64,000 bases of DNA, taken from contig OY761553.1 in the NCBI GenBank assembly GCA_963664735.1, positions 447,303 through 511,302 on the forward strand, given 5' to 3'. The DNA comes from an uncultured Cohaesibacter sp. (GTDB taxonomy: Bacteria; Pseudomonadota; Alphaproteobacteria; Rhizobiales; Cohaesibacteraceae). The position numbers and the translations under genes are program-made. The notes under the pieces are model-generated. The model had not been told where the DNA came from. It saw nothing but the letters and a program-made list of their open reading frames with translations, and did no database searches. Below are positions 40,076 to 50,689 of the stretch, piece after piece; the first letter of the stretch is position 1, and every line of letters begins with the position of its first letter.

Positions 40076-42529
40076 ATGATAATTTGGCGCTTCTTCGGCT
40101 CTCTTTTTGCCGCAGGTTCGGTTCTGTTCATCGTAATTGCGACAGCTGTTTATGTCTTCCTGAACTCCATGATGGCCGGATTGCCGGACTTCACGGCTCT
40201 GAGGAATTATGAGCCGCCAGTGACGACGCGTATTCATGCCGCTGACGGGCAGCTCATGGCAGAATATGCCAGAGAGCGCCGCTTGTTCCTGCCTATTCAG
40301 GCTATTCCCGATCGCGTGAAAGAGGCTTTTATCTCTGCTGAGGACAAGAATTTTTACACCCATGCCGGTCTTGATTTTACAGGCATTGCGCGCGCTGTCG
40401 TTACCAACGTCAAGAATATGGGGCGGAATCGCCGTCTTGTTGGCGCTTCGACTATTACGCAGCAGGTGGCAAAGAACTTTCTTTTGACCTCGGAACAGTC
40501 TTATGAGCGCAAGATCAAGGAAGCTCTGCTTTCCATGCGTATCGAGCAGACCTTTACAAAGCCCGAGATTCTGGAACTTTATCTCAACGAAATGTATTTC
40601 GGGATCGGTGTCTATGGTATCGGCTCGGCTGCGCTCAACTATTTCGACAAATCTGTTCATGAGCTGACATTGGCAGAAACGGCCTATTTGGCTGCACTTA
40701 TGAAAGCGCCGAATAACTATCATCCGCTCCGCCACAAGAAGGCTGCAATCGAACGTCGTGACTGGGTTATCGACCAGATGGTCAGTAACGGTTATGTTAC
40801 CGTTGAGGAGGCCAATAAAGCGAAAGCAACGGATTTGCAGGTCAAGTTCCGTCCAAGAGGGGCGCATATTTTTGCTGCCGACTATTTCGCTGAAGAGGTT
40901 CGTCGCTGGATTGATAAATCATTCGGTGAAGAAAAGCTCTACAATGGTGGCCTTTCGGTTCGTACCTCTCTTGATGTGTCATTGCAGAGAGAAGCGCGCA
41001 TAGCGCTCAATCACGGTCTGGAACAGTTTGACAAGACCAAGGGGTGGCGCGGTCCACTGACCACGATTGATATCACTGGTGATTGGGGCAAAAAGCTTCT
41101 TGATCAGAAACCGCTTTCTGACGTGCCAGAATGGAAAATGGCTGTTGTTCTGGCGACAGAAGGTGGTGAAGCGACAATCGGACTGCGACCCGAAGAGGGC
41201 GACGCTGCAGGTTCTGACAAGCGACAGATTACTACCCTTTCCGTCAAGGACATGACATGGGCCAAGTGGGCCAAAGGAGAGCGCAAGGGTAAGGCTGTCA
41301 AAAAGGTTTCCGATGTTCTCTCGCCAGGTGACGTGATTTATGTCTCTGCCAAGGAAGATGGCAATTTTACACTGGAACAGATCCCTGAAGTTTCCGGTGC
41401 CCTGATTGCAATGGATCCGATGACCGGGCGTATCTTGGCTATCGCTGGTGGCTTCTCGTTTGAACAGAGCCAGTTTGACAGAGCCACCCAAGCTTATCGT
41501 CAGCCGGGTTCTTCGTTCAAGCCATTCGTTTATGCGACAGCACTTGATAATGGCTATACCCCATCGAGCGTAGTGATGGATGCTCCGATTGAAATTGATC
41601 AGGGCAATGGGCAAGGTGTTTGGCGACCTCAGAACTATGGCGGCAAATTTTATGGGCCTTCGACCTTGCGACTTGGTATCGAGCTGTCTCGAAACGTCAT
41701 GACTGTGCGTCTGGCCAAGGACATGGGCATGCCGCTCGTTGCCGAATATGCAAGGCGGTTCGGCATCTATGATAATTTGATGCCGGTGCTTTCTATGGCT
41801 CTGGGTGCCGGGGAGACGACGGTTCTGCGCATGGTGACTGCCTATTCGATGATTGCCAATGGGGGGAGGCGGATTACTCCAACCTTTGTGGACCGGGTGC
41901 AGGACCGCTACGGCAAGACAATTTACAAACACGATCAGCGCATCTGTGAGAATTGTAATGTCCAGCGCTGGGAGCATCAGAGCGAACCCGAGGTTATTGA
42001 TACGCGCGAGCAAGTGCTTGATCCGATGACTGCCTACCAGATTACGTCCATGATGGAGGGCGTGGTTCAGCGTGGTACGGGTACGATCGTTCGAAAGGTT
42101 GTCGGTAAGCCGATTGCCGGTAAAACGGGGACGACCAACGATGAACGAGACGCTTGGTTTGTGGGCTTCTCACCGGATCTCGTTGTTGGTGTCTATGTTG
42201 GTTATGATCGCCCGCGCCCTATGGGGCACGCTGCTTCGGGTGGCCATTTGGCTGCGCCGATCTTTGCCGAATTCATGAAGGTGGCTCTCAAAGACAAACC
42301 CAAGAAACCATTCAAGGTTCCTGAGGGTATTGAGCTCATCCCGATTGATCGCCGAACCGGTTTGCGGGCGTCAGCACAGGGTGATGGAGTCATTCTTGAG
42401 GCCTTCAAACCAGGCACTTTGCCTCCGGATAGTTACTCGGTCATTGGTTTCTCTGATGACATGGGGCGCCCGGTAACGGCTGAAGAAGCTGAACAGGCCT
42501 TGACGCAAGGTACGGGTGGTTTGTATTAA
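40076..42529 (+). CDS. mrcA: penicillin-binding protein 1A (bifunctional glycosyltransferase/transpeptidase)
   Basis: GT51 motifs (EDKNFYTHAGLD, GASTITQQ, RKIKE), transpeptidase motifs (SSFKP, KTGTTN), and an N-terminal TM; 817 aa. Confidence 0.93.
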   Translation: MIIWRFFGSLFAAGSVLFIVIATAVYVFLNSMMAGLPDFTALRNYEPPVTTRIHAADGQLMAEYARERRLFLPIQAIPDRVKEAFISAEDKNFYTHAGLDFTGIARAVVTNVKNMGRNRRLVGASTITQQVAKNFLLTSEQSYERKIKEALLSMRIEQTFTKPEILELYLNEMYFGIGVYGIGSAALNYFDKSVHELTLAETAYLAALMKAPNNYHPLRHKKAAIERRDWVIDQMVSNGYVTVEEANKAKATDLQVKFRPRGAHIFAADYFAEEVRRWIDKSFGEEKLYNGGLSVRTSLDVSLQREARIALNHGLEQFDKTKGWRGPLTTIDITGDWGKKLLDQKPLSDVPEWKMAVVLATEGGEATIGLRPEEGDAAGSDKRQITTLSVKDMTWAKWAKGERKGKAVKKVSDVLSPGDVIYVSAKEDGNFTLEQIPEVSGALIAMDPMTGRILAIAGGFSFEQSQFDRATQAYRQPGSSFKPFVYATALDNGYTPSSVVMDAPIEIDQGNGQGVWRPQNYGGKFYGPSTLRLGIELSRNVMTVRLAKDMGMPLVAEYARRFGIYDNLMPVLSMALGAGETTVLRMVTAYSMIANGGRRITPTFVDRVQDRYGKTIYKHDQRICENCNVQRWEHQSEPEVIDTREQVLDPMTAYQITSMMEGVVQRGTGTIVRKVVGKPIAGKTGTTNDERDAWFVGFSPDLVVGVYVGYDRPRPMGHAASGGHLAAPIFAEFMKVALKDKPKKPFKVPEGIELIPIDRRTGLRASAQGDGVILEAFKPGTLPPDSYSVIGFSDDMGRPVTAEEAEQALTQGTGGLY

Positions 42530-42550
42530 AATCGAAAGCTGATCCAATAG

Positions 42551-42590
42551 AGCGGGTGCGGCGTGGCCAGTGCCCGCTTTATTATTATTG
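42551..42590 (+). terminator. probable rho-independent terminator after mrcA
   Basis: AGCGGG...CCCGCT stem followed by TTTATTATTATT. Confidence 0.5.
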
Positions 42591-42656
42591 TGTCGGAAGA
42601 TTTTTTGAATTCGAAGGCAGTGACCTGCCTTCTCTGTGACGAACGAAGAGATAAGC

Positions 42657-43791
42657 ATGCGCGCAGAAATCCAGAATATAGTCGACGAAATCAAGCAGGG
42701 TCTTGCTCTGCTGAGGAGGCATCTTTGACTGGGATGTCGCACAAAAACGCCTTTTAGAGCTCAATAATCTCGCTGAAGATCCTGACCTTTGGAACGATCC
42801 GCAGAATGCACAAAAGCTGATGCAGGAACGCCAGAAGCTGGAGTCCGCAATCAACGGCTATCTCAAGGCCAATCAGGAGCTTGAGGATTCTATCGAACTC
42901 ATCGAAATGGGTGAAATGGAAAAAGACGAAGATATTGTTTCTGAAGCGGAACAAACTCTTCACGCCCTTCTGGAAAACATCAATCACCAGCAGACCGAGA
43001 CAATGCTCTCTGGCGAAGCTGATGGTATGGATTGCTACATAGAAGTGCATTCCGGTGCGGGCGGTACAGAAAGTCAGGACTGGGCCTCCATGCTGCTCAG
43101 GATGTATACCCGTTGGGCCGAGAAGGCTGGCTTCAAGGTCGATGTGCTCGAAGTAACGGCTGGCGAAGAGGCGGGCATCAAGGCTGCGACCATCATGGTC
43201 AAGGGCGAGAATGCCTATGGCTGGGCGAAAACGGAGTCCGGTGTTCACCGTCTGGTGCGCATTTCGCCGTTTGACAGTCAGGCGCGGCGGCATACGTCCT
43301 TCTCGTCGGTGTGGGTCTATCCTGTTATCGATGATACCATTCACATCGAGATCAACGAAAGCGACTGCCGGATTGATACCTATCGCGCATCAGGTGCGGG
43401 TGGTCAGCACGTTAACACGACGGATTCTGCTGTTCGTATTACGCACCATCCAACAGGTATCGTTGTTCAATGCCAGAACGAACGCAGTCAGCATAAGAAC
43501 CGGGCACAAGCCTGGGATATGCTGAGGGCTCGTCTGTATGAGCGCGAATTGCAGATCCGCGAAGACAAGGCCAGTGCTGAGCAGGCTTCAAAAACCGATA
43601 TTGGTTGGGGCCACCAGATCCGTTCCTATGTCTTGCAACCATATCAGTTGGTCAAGGATTTGCGCACCGGTGTTGAAAGCACCAGCCCTCAAGATGTGCT
43701 GGACGGTGCTTTGACCCCATATATGGAAGCCGCTCTTGCTCAGCGGGCCTATGGTACAGAGGGAGATGCTCCCGTAGACGATCTGGTCTAA
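42657..43791 (+). CDS. prfB: peptide chain release factor 2, requiring a programmed +1 ribosomal frameshift at 42726
   Basis: Frame 0 reads [23 protein letters not shown], then TGA at 42726. The +1 frame continues [34 protein letters not shown]... into ORF 42820..43791, which has the SPF and GGQHVN motifs. Confidence 0.93.
42714..42729 (+). promoter_or_regulatory. prfB autoregulatory +1 frameshift site
   Basis: AGGAGG (internal SD), then CAT, then CTT TGA C, matching the canonical RF2 frameshift cassette. Confidence 0.92.
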
Positions 43792-43807
43792 TTTTCGTTA
43801 TGTTTTT

Positions 43808-43836
43808 AAAAGCCCGGCATTGATCGGGCTTTTTAT
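43808..43836 (+). terminator. rho-independent terminator after prfB
   Basis: AGCCCG-GCATTGAT-CGGGCT stem followed by TTTTTATTT. Confidence 0.8.
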
Positions 43837-43863
43837 TTGTTTCAATTTCGAGTCGAGCCTGCC

Positions 43864-44433
43864 ATGAGCGAAAATAATGAAACTGTTGAAATCAGGAATG
43901 CTCGTTTGGAAGACATTCCTGCCATTCACGCCATTTACTCCTATCATGTCATGAACGGCCTTGCTTCTTTTGAAGAGACCGCGCCCTGTGTTGCTGAAAT
44001 GGGGCGGCGTTTTGCAGCTATTGCCAAAAGCAAACGCCCTTACCTGGTAGCGACTATTGCTGGTCAGGTTGTTGGCTATGGGTATATGAGCGACTATCGT
44101 ACACGCGTTGCTTATCGCTATAGCTTGGAGAATTCCATTTATATGCATAAGGATCATGCCGGGAAGGGCATTGGTCTTGCCTTGCTAAACCGTCTCCTGT
44201 ACGAGGCTGAACTGCTCGGCTATCGACAAGTCATTTCTGTAATCGGCAATAGCGAAAATATCGCTTCGATCAAATTGCATGAAAAAGCAGGTTTTGAGAA
44301 TGTCGGGACGCTGAAATCGGTGGGTTTCAAATTCGGTCGCTGGGTGGATAGCGTTATGATGCAAAAGTCACTTGGGGACTCGGACAAAAGCTTGCCAGAC
44401 ACTGACCCCACGCACTTTGTTCGTCCAGAATAG
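43864..44433 (+). CDS. GNAT N-acetyltransferase of the phosphinothricin/L-amino-acid N-acyltransferase (PAT/MnaT-like) type
   Basis: IRNARLEDIPAIHAIYSYHV...ASFEE..., ...YRYSLENSIYMHKDHAGKGIG..., ...SIKLHEKAGFENVGTLK.VGFKFGRWVD... are typical PAT-family motifs. Confidence 0.82.
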   Translation: MSENNETVEIRNARLEDIPAIHAIYSYHVMNGLASFEETAPCVAEMGRRFAAIAKSKRPYLVATIAGQVVGYGYMSDYRTRVAYRYSLENSIYMHKDHAGKGIGLALLNRLLYEAELLGYRQVISVIGNSENIASIKLHEKAGFENVGTLKSVGFKFGRWVDSVMMQKSLGDSDKSLPDTDPTHFVRPE

Positions 44434-44737
44434 CTACCGACTATTTCACCGCGGCTGTCTTTTGTTTCGCAAGCCACAGATCAAGTTTTGGTTTCTTCGA
44501 TTTGGGTTATCAAAAGCTCTGAAGCTGAAGCTTTTGGCGCAACGAGACTTTTTTGTCTCATTTGCAGCGGTGCTCAGGCTTAGGCCTTTTCTTGAGCTTT
44601 TTACAAACCGCGCAAACCTATGCTGACCACATCAAACCGGCTAACAAGGACGTTAGGGTTAGCGGCTTAGCAAATGCATTTGGCTGTTCTGATGGAGATG
44701 CTTTGCAATTGGATGCCTAGGGTAAGTGAAAATAACC

Positions 44738-46189
44738 CTAGATTAACTTTTGCAATTCTTTTCCTGCGATAAGAAAGGAATAGGGGTTAACTGCCTTGCT
44801 GCCTACGCGAGTTTCAAAGTGAAGATGCGGTCCGGTGGAGCGTCCTGTCGAGCCAACCCTCCCGATGATCGTGCCGGTTCTTACACGATCTCCAACCTTG
44901 GCAAGGGTCTTGCTCATGTGGGCATAGCGACTAACGACGCCGTTGCCATGGTCGATTTCAACCATCAAGCCATATCCGGAGCGTGGGCCGGCATAGGTTA
45001 CGGTTCCGTAACCGGCAGAACGAATGGGCGCGCCATATTGGTCTGCTATGTCAATGCCCGAATGCATGGACATGCGATCGAGGAAGGGGTCTTTGCGAAT
45101 GCCGAACTTGCTGGACAGATGTCCTGTTGGCAAAGGATGGGTGATCGGCAACTTCTTGACCTGATTCTTTAGCTGCACGAAACGGTCAAGTTCAATTTCG
45201 ACCTTTTCGGCATCTTCAGCCAATTGATCATGATCATAGTCTTCAGCGGAAATCGGGATGTAAGGACCACCGACTGCGGCATTTTCCGAAGGTGCATCAA
45301 CCTTGATGCCCAATGATGCAATGCGCTCTGAAACCCGGTTGGATTTATATCTGAGATCTTGCAGCAAGTTATGCAGGATCATTTTGCTATCAAGCATTTC
45401 CTGCTCTAGCCGGCCAGCTGCATCAGCCAGTTTAACGATGGTCTTGTTCTCGCCATGTGGTAATTCAGGCGCATCAATGACCGACCGTTCATCATTTTGA
45501 GCAAGCTGAATGGTTTCATCTGTCAATAGAGGCGTGGTCAATTCATCCGCTTGCGAAGCTACGTCGGTTTCGCCATCTTCTTCAGTCAATGAATTTGTGC
45601 TTCTGAAGCCAAGCTTGGTGAGTTCAGCAAATCGATTGGAAATGGCTTCTGGCGTCGTGTTTGCCATTGCAATTTGATTGCTGGCGGCGGGTTTTTCACT
45701 TTCTGCAGACGCCTGCTTGCCGTTCTTGCGCCAAGGGGCTGTTCTTGGGAGAGGGACCTTCAGTTCGGTGCGAATGGGCAAGCCAGCATTGCGTGCTTTG
45801 GAGATGATCGGTTCTAGTACAGAAGAATAGGCTTCAAAATCGGCTTGCTTCTGCATGAGGTTTTGGACATGGCTTTGCAGCGCTTGCTGATCGAGCATCT
45901 GGCGGCTGGCTATTCTGTCAATTTGGCTGCGCAGCTGAACAATGCGGTCTTCATATTCGCTCTTTATTTGAGCTTGTTCCGAGCGGGAGAAGGTGATGAT
46001 GTCGTCGCGAAAAACCAGATAGGCTGTCGCGGACAAATAAAGGGCACTGAACAATAGGCCTGTTATGAAGAGACAGGATACGATCCACGGTCTGACGACA
46101 AAGTCCTGAACCGTATCACCATGAGCAATGATGATGCGATGCGGTTCACGACGGCGACCAAACTCTTTACTTTTTGCTCCAGACAGCAT
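44738..46189 (-). CDS. M23 family peptidoglycan metalloendopeptidase (membrane-anchored, coiled-coil linker)
   Basis: C-terminal LytM motifs HSGIDIA....GTVTYAG...G.MVEIDHG......GSTGRSTGPHLHFE, and an N-terminal TM. Confidence 0.85.
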   Translation of the reverse strand: MLSGAKSKEFGRRREPHRIIIAHGDTVQDFVVRPWIVSCLFITGLLFSALYLSATAYLVFRDDIITFSRSEQAQIKSEYEDRIVQLRSQIDRIASRQMLDQQALQSHVQNLMQKQADFEAYSSVLEPIISKARNAGLPIRTELKVPLPRTAPWRKNGKQASAESEKPAASNQIAMANTTPEAISNRFAELTKLGFRSTNSLTEEDGETDVASQADELTTPLLTDETIQLAQNDERSVIDAPELPHGENKTIVKLADAAGRLEQEMLDSKMILHNLLQDLRYKSNRVSERIASLGIKVDAPSENAAVGGPYIPISAEDYDHDQLAEDAEKVEIELDRFVQLKNQVKKLPITHPLPTGHLSSKFGIRKDPFLDRMSMHSGIDIADQYGAPIRSAGYGTVTYAGPRSGYGLMVEIDHGNGVVSRYAHMSKTLAKVGDRVRTGTIIGRVGSTGRSTGPHLHFETRVGSKAVNPYSFLIAGKELQKLI

Positions 46190-46350
46190 CCAACACCCAG
46201 CTAATAGACACCAATATTGTCGGTTTATTAGGCTAGGAATATGGTTAATATTTCGTTTACATTTCCGGCGATGGATGCTTCCCTGAGGGGGTGAAGCTGT
46301 TTATTTTTAACGTGTTGCGCTATTTTTCTCGATGTGTCTGTGTGGTTATA

Positions 46351-46386
46351 ATTCACAAATCGAGGACGTGTCATTTCGTCCTCGAA
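46351..46386 (-). terminator. rho-independent terminator downstream of bcp
   Basis: TCGAGGACG / CGTCCTCGA 9-bp stem, with TTTGTG following on the minus strand. Confidence 0.6.
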
Positions 46387-46407
46387 TCGATGTCGGTGCT
46401 TGTTGCT

Positions 46408-46899
46408 CTATTTTGAAGAGGCCAGGCCTTTGGCAGCTTGTAGCACTTGGTTTGCATGGTCCTTGACCTTCACCTTGCGCCAGATTTCGTTAAGCACTCC
46501 TTCGGCATCGATCAGGAACGTGCTGCGTTCGACGCCCATATAGGTTTTTCCATACATCTTTTTCTCCACCCACACTCCATATGCCTCGCAGACTTCCTTT
46601 TCGGTGTCTGCAGCCAAGTCGATGGAGAGATTGTGTTTTTTGACGAAATTGTCGTGTTTCTGGGCGCTGTCGGGAGAAACGCCGATGATCTTGATGCCCA
46701 ATGCTGCGAAATCTTGCGAAAGGGCGCTAAAATCCAAAGCTTCTGTTGTGCAGCCGGGCGTGTTGTCCTTGGGGTAGAAATAAAGAACGACCGGATTTCC
46801 TTTGAATTGGCTTAGGGATAATTCTCCATTGCCGTTTGTTTTCAGGGTGAAGTCGGGTGCTCGGCTTCCCACTTCCAGCTGCAGATTATCTTTAGACAT
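46408..46899 (-). CDS. bcp: thioredoxin-dependent peroxiredoxin (Bcp/PrxQ)
   Basis: ...APDFTL....G...SLSQFKGNPVVLYFYPKDNTPGCTTE... active-site motif. I chose ATG 46899 (AAGGATGG SD) over the longer ORF. Confidence 0.9.
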   Translation of the reverse strand: MSKDNLQLEVGSRAPDFTLKTNGNGELSLSQFKGNPVVLYFYPKDNTPGCTTEALDFSALSQDFAALGIKIIGVSPDSAQKHDNFVKKHNLSIDLAADTEKEVCEAYGVWVEKKMYGKTYMGVERSTFLIDAEGVLNEIWRKVKVKDHANQVLQAAKGLASSK

Positions 46900-47160
46900 T
46901 GGCCATCCTTTCGTCTTTTTTCTACATAATGATTTGTGGTTGTAGATAGTGCAAGTCAGATCCCGATTTGCAGCATACTCTGGTTTGTGGCGTTGCGGTG
47001 TTTCTAGAGCTGTTTTCGATTGGATTTTATTCAAAAATTTGAACTTTTGCAGCTAGAAACCACTTGCTGGTCAACCGAATCTAGCCTAACAAATCTACAG
47101 GATATCTGTGGGTGGCAGGGCGTTTGAGGCCTGATTTCGTAAATATGGAGGCATATTACT

Positions 47161-50100
47161 TTGGCTAATCGCTTGGAGATGCCACCAGAGCAGGAGGCTC
47201 AGTCCGACCCAGAGATAAGATCTCCACAATCTTTAGAGAAGGAAAAAGGGAAGTCCAAAGTTTGGAAGCCCTTGGCTATTGCTGTTGCCGCGCTGATGGT
47301 TGTCGTCTTTCTTCTTGTAGGAGGTCTTGCCGCGCGGCTTTATTATGCGCCATTTTCTATCGGAGAGTTGCGATCTCAGGTTGAGGCATTCGCTTCCCAA
47401 TATTTGCCAGTCGGTCAAAGTCTGCAAATTGCAGATGTGAGAGTGGGTATTTCTGAAGATCACCGTCTATCTTTGCAGCTTTCTGATGTGAAGCTGTCTG
47501 ACGCCAATGGTGACTTGCTTTCGACCCCCAGAATCGATCTGGAAGTCGGTTTGCTTGCGCTCCTGAAGCAGGAAATTCGCGTTCGGAAAATCACGATTTT
47601 GAGTATGAAGCTCAATGTTCTGCGCGATCAGACTGGGCGGCTGCTCATCGCGGGGCAGGATCCCGGGCGTTTTGGTAAAAATGCTGATGATAATACTCGG
47701 GTTTATGATCCCAATGAGCCTCAGTTTGTCTCCGTTCTCAATGCGATGCGAAGGGCTATCAAGCCATTGGCTGATGAGGACCCTGAAAAACGGCCTCCGC
47801 AAATCTTGATTCGTAACACGCAGGTAGCCTTGAGGGACGAGGTTACGGGCCACAGTAAAGATTATAAGAATGCGGCATTCGCCTATACGCCGCTTGGTGA
47901 AAAAGACAATCTTTGGCGTATCGATTTTGCCTATGATGGTCGCCATGGTCGTATCCATTCTGCCATGGGTGAAATCGCTGTCGATTCTGAGAACAAGGCC
48001 GAGCAGAAGCGGAATATCCAGCTCATTTTTGAGAATGTTTCCTTGCCGGACTTGCTGCCGCGCTTTTCGGGAGAAAACAATAATTTCAATTTCAGCTCTG
48101 CGTTTGCCGGTTGGGCCCAGCTAAATTTCGATGATGCTGATGCTTTGTCCAGCTTCAGGGCCGATCTCAAGATCGGCAAGGGCGTCATGGAGTTTGGGGA
48201 GCAGGACAATGCTTATCTGGACAGTGCTTCCTTCCGCGTTGAATGGGGCTCCGAAACCCATGAGCTGCGCCTGATTAGCAGCAATATTCTGTTCGGCAAG
48301 ACCGGAGGTTCGTTTGTTGGCCGAGTGGTTTGGCCAGATACTGTTGACGGAAACATCATCGTTCAGCTTCAAGGCAACGATATCGTTCTGGCTGCAAGAG
48401 ACAACCCTTACCCTGAGAGGATGCTCAACCAATTGCTGTTGCAGGCGCGCGTGAACCGAAAAAGCAGCATAGTCACCATTGATGACTTCGGGATGTTTGC
48501 GGATGGCGGGCAAGTTGAAGGGCGTGGCACGATAGAACCGGTTAGCGGCGAGTTTTTTTTGAAGATGGGCTTTGACATTTCTGCGATGCCATATGATTTG
48601 CTCTTGCATATGTGGCCGGTCAACATCGCTAACGGAGCCAGAAAATGGCTTTTGGAAAATTTGCAGGGCGGACGCACGACCGGTGCTCACTTTGACGTTG
48701 CACTTACAGAGAGCATGCTCAAGCGCAATGAGGAAGGGCGCCTTGTTTTACCCGATGATTCTGTTCAAGGTAAGTTCGGTTTTGAAGGTGCCATGTTGAA
48801 GAACTTTGGTGATTTGCCTTCCAGCGACCAGCTTTCCGGTACGGGCACTGTAACAGGGCGAACCTTCCAGACGAGCATCGAAACCGGTCGGTTTGTCACC
48901 AAATCCAAGCGCTACTTCGCCATTAGTGATGGTCGCTTTGAGATACCCGATCACTCACAAAAGCCCGCAACCGGGATTCTTACCTTGCAAGGCGAGGGTA
49001 GTGCGCTTGCTTTTGGCGAAATTGTCGATAGTGACCCTCTGAACACCTTGAAGAAAGAAAAGCAGAAAGTCTCCGATCTTTCCGGTACTGCAAGCGCCAA
49101 GGTTCGCCTCAGTTTCCCGTTCATCAAGTCTTTGAAGATTGATGATGTTCAATATGACGCCCAGATTGTGCTGAAAGCAGGGGCAAGCAAGGCCCCGATA
49201 CGGGGGCATGAGGTTTCTGATGCGGATGTGGTCATCAATACAGATGGCAAGCGCATGGAAATCAGCGGCACCGCGATGCTGGATGGCATGAAGGCCGGAC
49301 TTGAGATCATGTCATCGGAAACAGACGCCAAGGACTCTTCGGCGGTGTTTGACATTCTTGTGTCAGACAAGGACAGGAGCAGATTTGGTCTCGGGCTGGA
49401 AAGCTGGTTGCGTGGTCCGATATCTGTTCGTGTGACCCAGAATGGCGCCAAGCCCAAGGTTACGGGGATTGAAGCTGATATTACAAAAGCCGAGCTTGAT
49501 TTGAATGAACTGGGGTGGAGCAAAAAGCCAAATGTAAGAGGTCAGGCAACATTCGAACTGATTGATAATGGTGATCGGTTTGATGTTGAAAATATCGCCG
49601 TTTCGGGTGATGGCTTTGATGCTGAGGGCACAGTTTCCATTAGCAAGGATCACGGCTTGCAGGCGCTTAGTTTTTCAAAGCTGGTGTTAAGTCGTGGAGA
49701 CAGTTTGGCCATTGATGTGTCTCGGAATGAGGCCGGACCTTACAATGTCACTGTTCGCGGGAAACTGCTCGATCTTCGAGGGAAACTGCTCGGAGGGTCT
49801 TTCATTGCCAATGAAACAAAGAAGGGCGATGGAAAAGACAGCCTGATGCTTCACGCCAAGATTGATCGGGTCATCGGCTTGTCCGGGCATTCCATTTCTG
49901 ACTTCAATGCGTCGGTGCGCATGACCAAAGGGGATATAACCAAGATCGATGCCCACGGTATGTTGGATGGAACCAGCCCCGTCGAGCTGACTACGAAAAT
50001 GGAGGAATTTCCAACGCTGCATCTTGATGTGCGCAACGCGGGTAATTTCCTCAGATTGCTGGGCACAGTTGATCGGGTTGAGGGGGGGCGGCTGGCCTTG

Positions 50101-50562
50101 TCGGCTGCACTTAAAAAGGGTCTCTCCAGTATATCCGGTTCTTTGTATTTGAAAGATTTTCAGATCATCGGACAGGTCAATAAACAACAGTCATCGAAAT
50201 CAACCACTCAAACCGTCAATAGCGGTTTTGACTCCTTCTCTCTCTATTTCAAGGGCGAAAACGGATTGTTCGATCTTCGGCGTGGCATATTGAAAGGCCC
50301 TGTTTTGGGGGCGACGGTAGATGGTTCTATCGATATGAAATCTCGTATCATGAATCTTTCTGGCACCTATCTTCCTGCCTACAAGGTCAATAATATTTTC
50401 AGCCGACTTCCGATTATTGGTCGCGCTCTTGGCAACAGAAAGAATGAAGGACTGCTGGGAATAACCTACGTGGTCAAAGGCAAAATGAGCAATCCGACGC
50501 TGATCGTGAACCCGGCGTCCCTTTTGGCTCCTGGTGTGTTGCGAAAGATATTTGAATATTGA
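47161..50562 (+). CDS. YhdP/AsmA-like large envelope protein (DUF3971-type)
   Basis: 1133 aa with a single N-terminal TM and a long beta-rich body. The C-terminus ...GITYVVKGKMSNPTLIVNPASLLAPGVLRKIFEY is characteristic of AsmA2/YhdP family ends. The TTG start has GGAGG 10 nt upstream. Confidence 0.7.
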   Translation: MANRLEMPPEQEAQSDPEIRSPQSLEKEKGKSKVWKPLAIAVAALMVVVFLLVGGLAARLYYAPFSIGELRSQVEAFASQYLPVGQSLQIADVRVGISEDHRLSLQLSDVKLSDANGDLLSTPRIDLEVGLLALLKQEIRVRKITILSMKLNVLRDQTGRLLIAGQDPGRFGKNADDNTRVYDPNEPQFVSVLNAMRRAIKPLADEDPEKRPPQILIRNTQVALRDEVTGHSKDYKNAAFAYTPLGEKDNLWRIDFAYDGRHGRIHSAMGEIAVDSENKAEQKRNIQLIFENVSLPDLLPRFSGENNNFNFSSAFAGWAQLNFDDADALSSFRADLKIGKGVMEFGEQDNAYLDSASFRVEWGSETHELRLISSNILFGKTGGSFVGRVVWPDTVDGNIIVQLQGNDIVLAARDNPYPERMLNQLLLQARVNRKSSIVTIDDFGMFADGGQVEGRGTIEPVSGEFFLKMGFDISAMPYDLLLHMWPVNIANGARKWLLENLQGGRTTGAHFDVALTESMLKRNEEGRLVLPDDSVQGKFGFEGAMLKNFGDLPSSDQLSGTGTVTGRTFQTSIETGRFVTKSKRYFAISDGRFEIPDHSQKPATGILTLQGEGSALAFGEIVDSDPLNTLKKEKQKVSDLSGTASAKVRLSFPFIKSLKIDDVQYDAQIVLKAGASKAPIRGHEVSDADVVINTDGKRMEISGTAMLDGMKAGLEIMSSETDAKDSSAVFDILVSDKDRSRFGLGLESWLRGPISVRVTQNGAKPKVTGIEADITKAELDLNELGWSKKPNVRGQATFELIDNGDRFDVENIAVSGDGFDAEGTVSISKDHGLQALSFSKLVLSRGDSLAIDVSRNEAGPYNVTVRGKLLDLRGKLLGGSFIANETKKGDGKDSLMLHAKIDRVIGLSGHSISDFNASVRMTKGDITKIDAHGMLDGTSPVELTTKMEEFPTLHLDVRNAGNFLRLLGTVDRVEGGRLALSAALKKGLSSISGSLYLKDFQIIGQVNKQQSSKSTTQTVNSGFDSFSLYFKGENGLFDLRRGILKGPVLGATVDGSIDMKSRIMNLSGTYLPAYKVNNIFSRLPIIGRALGNRKNEGLLGITYVVKGKMSNPTLIVNPASLLAPGVLRKIFEY

Positions 50563-50618
50563 CAGGGTTCGACCGACTAACAGTCTTGTGTCGTGCCAAC
50601 ATGCTAACAAGCGCTTAT

Positions 50619-50650
50619 AAAAAAGGCTCCCCTCGGGAGCCTTTTGCTTT
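50619..50650. terminator. bidirectional rho-independent terminator (yhdP-like / tyrS)
   Basis: GGCTCCC-CTC-GGGAGCC stem flanked by AAAAAA and TTTTGCTTTT. Confidence 0.85.
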
Positions 50651-50689
50651 TCCTGATTTGCAACCCCTAATCTGAGGCTTGCCGTTATC

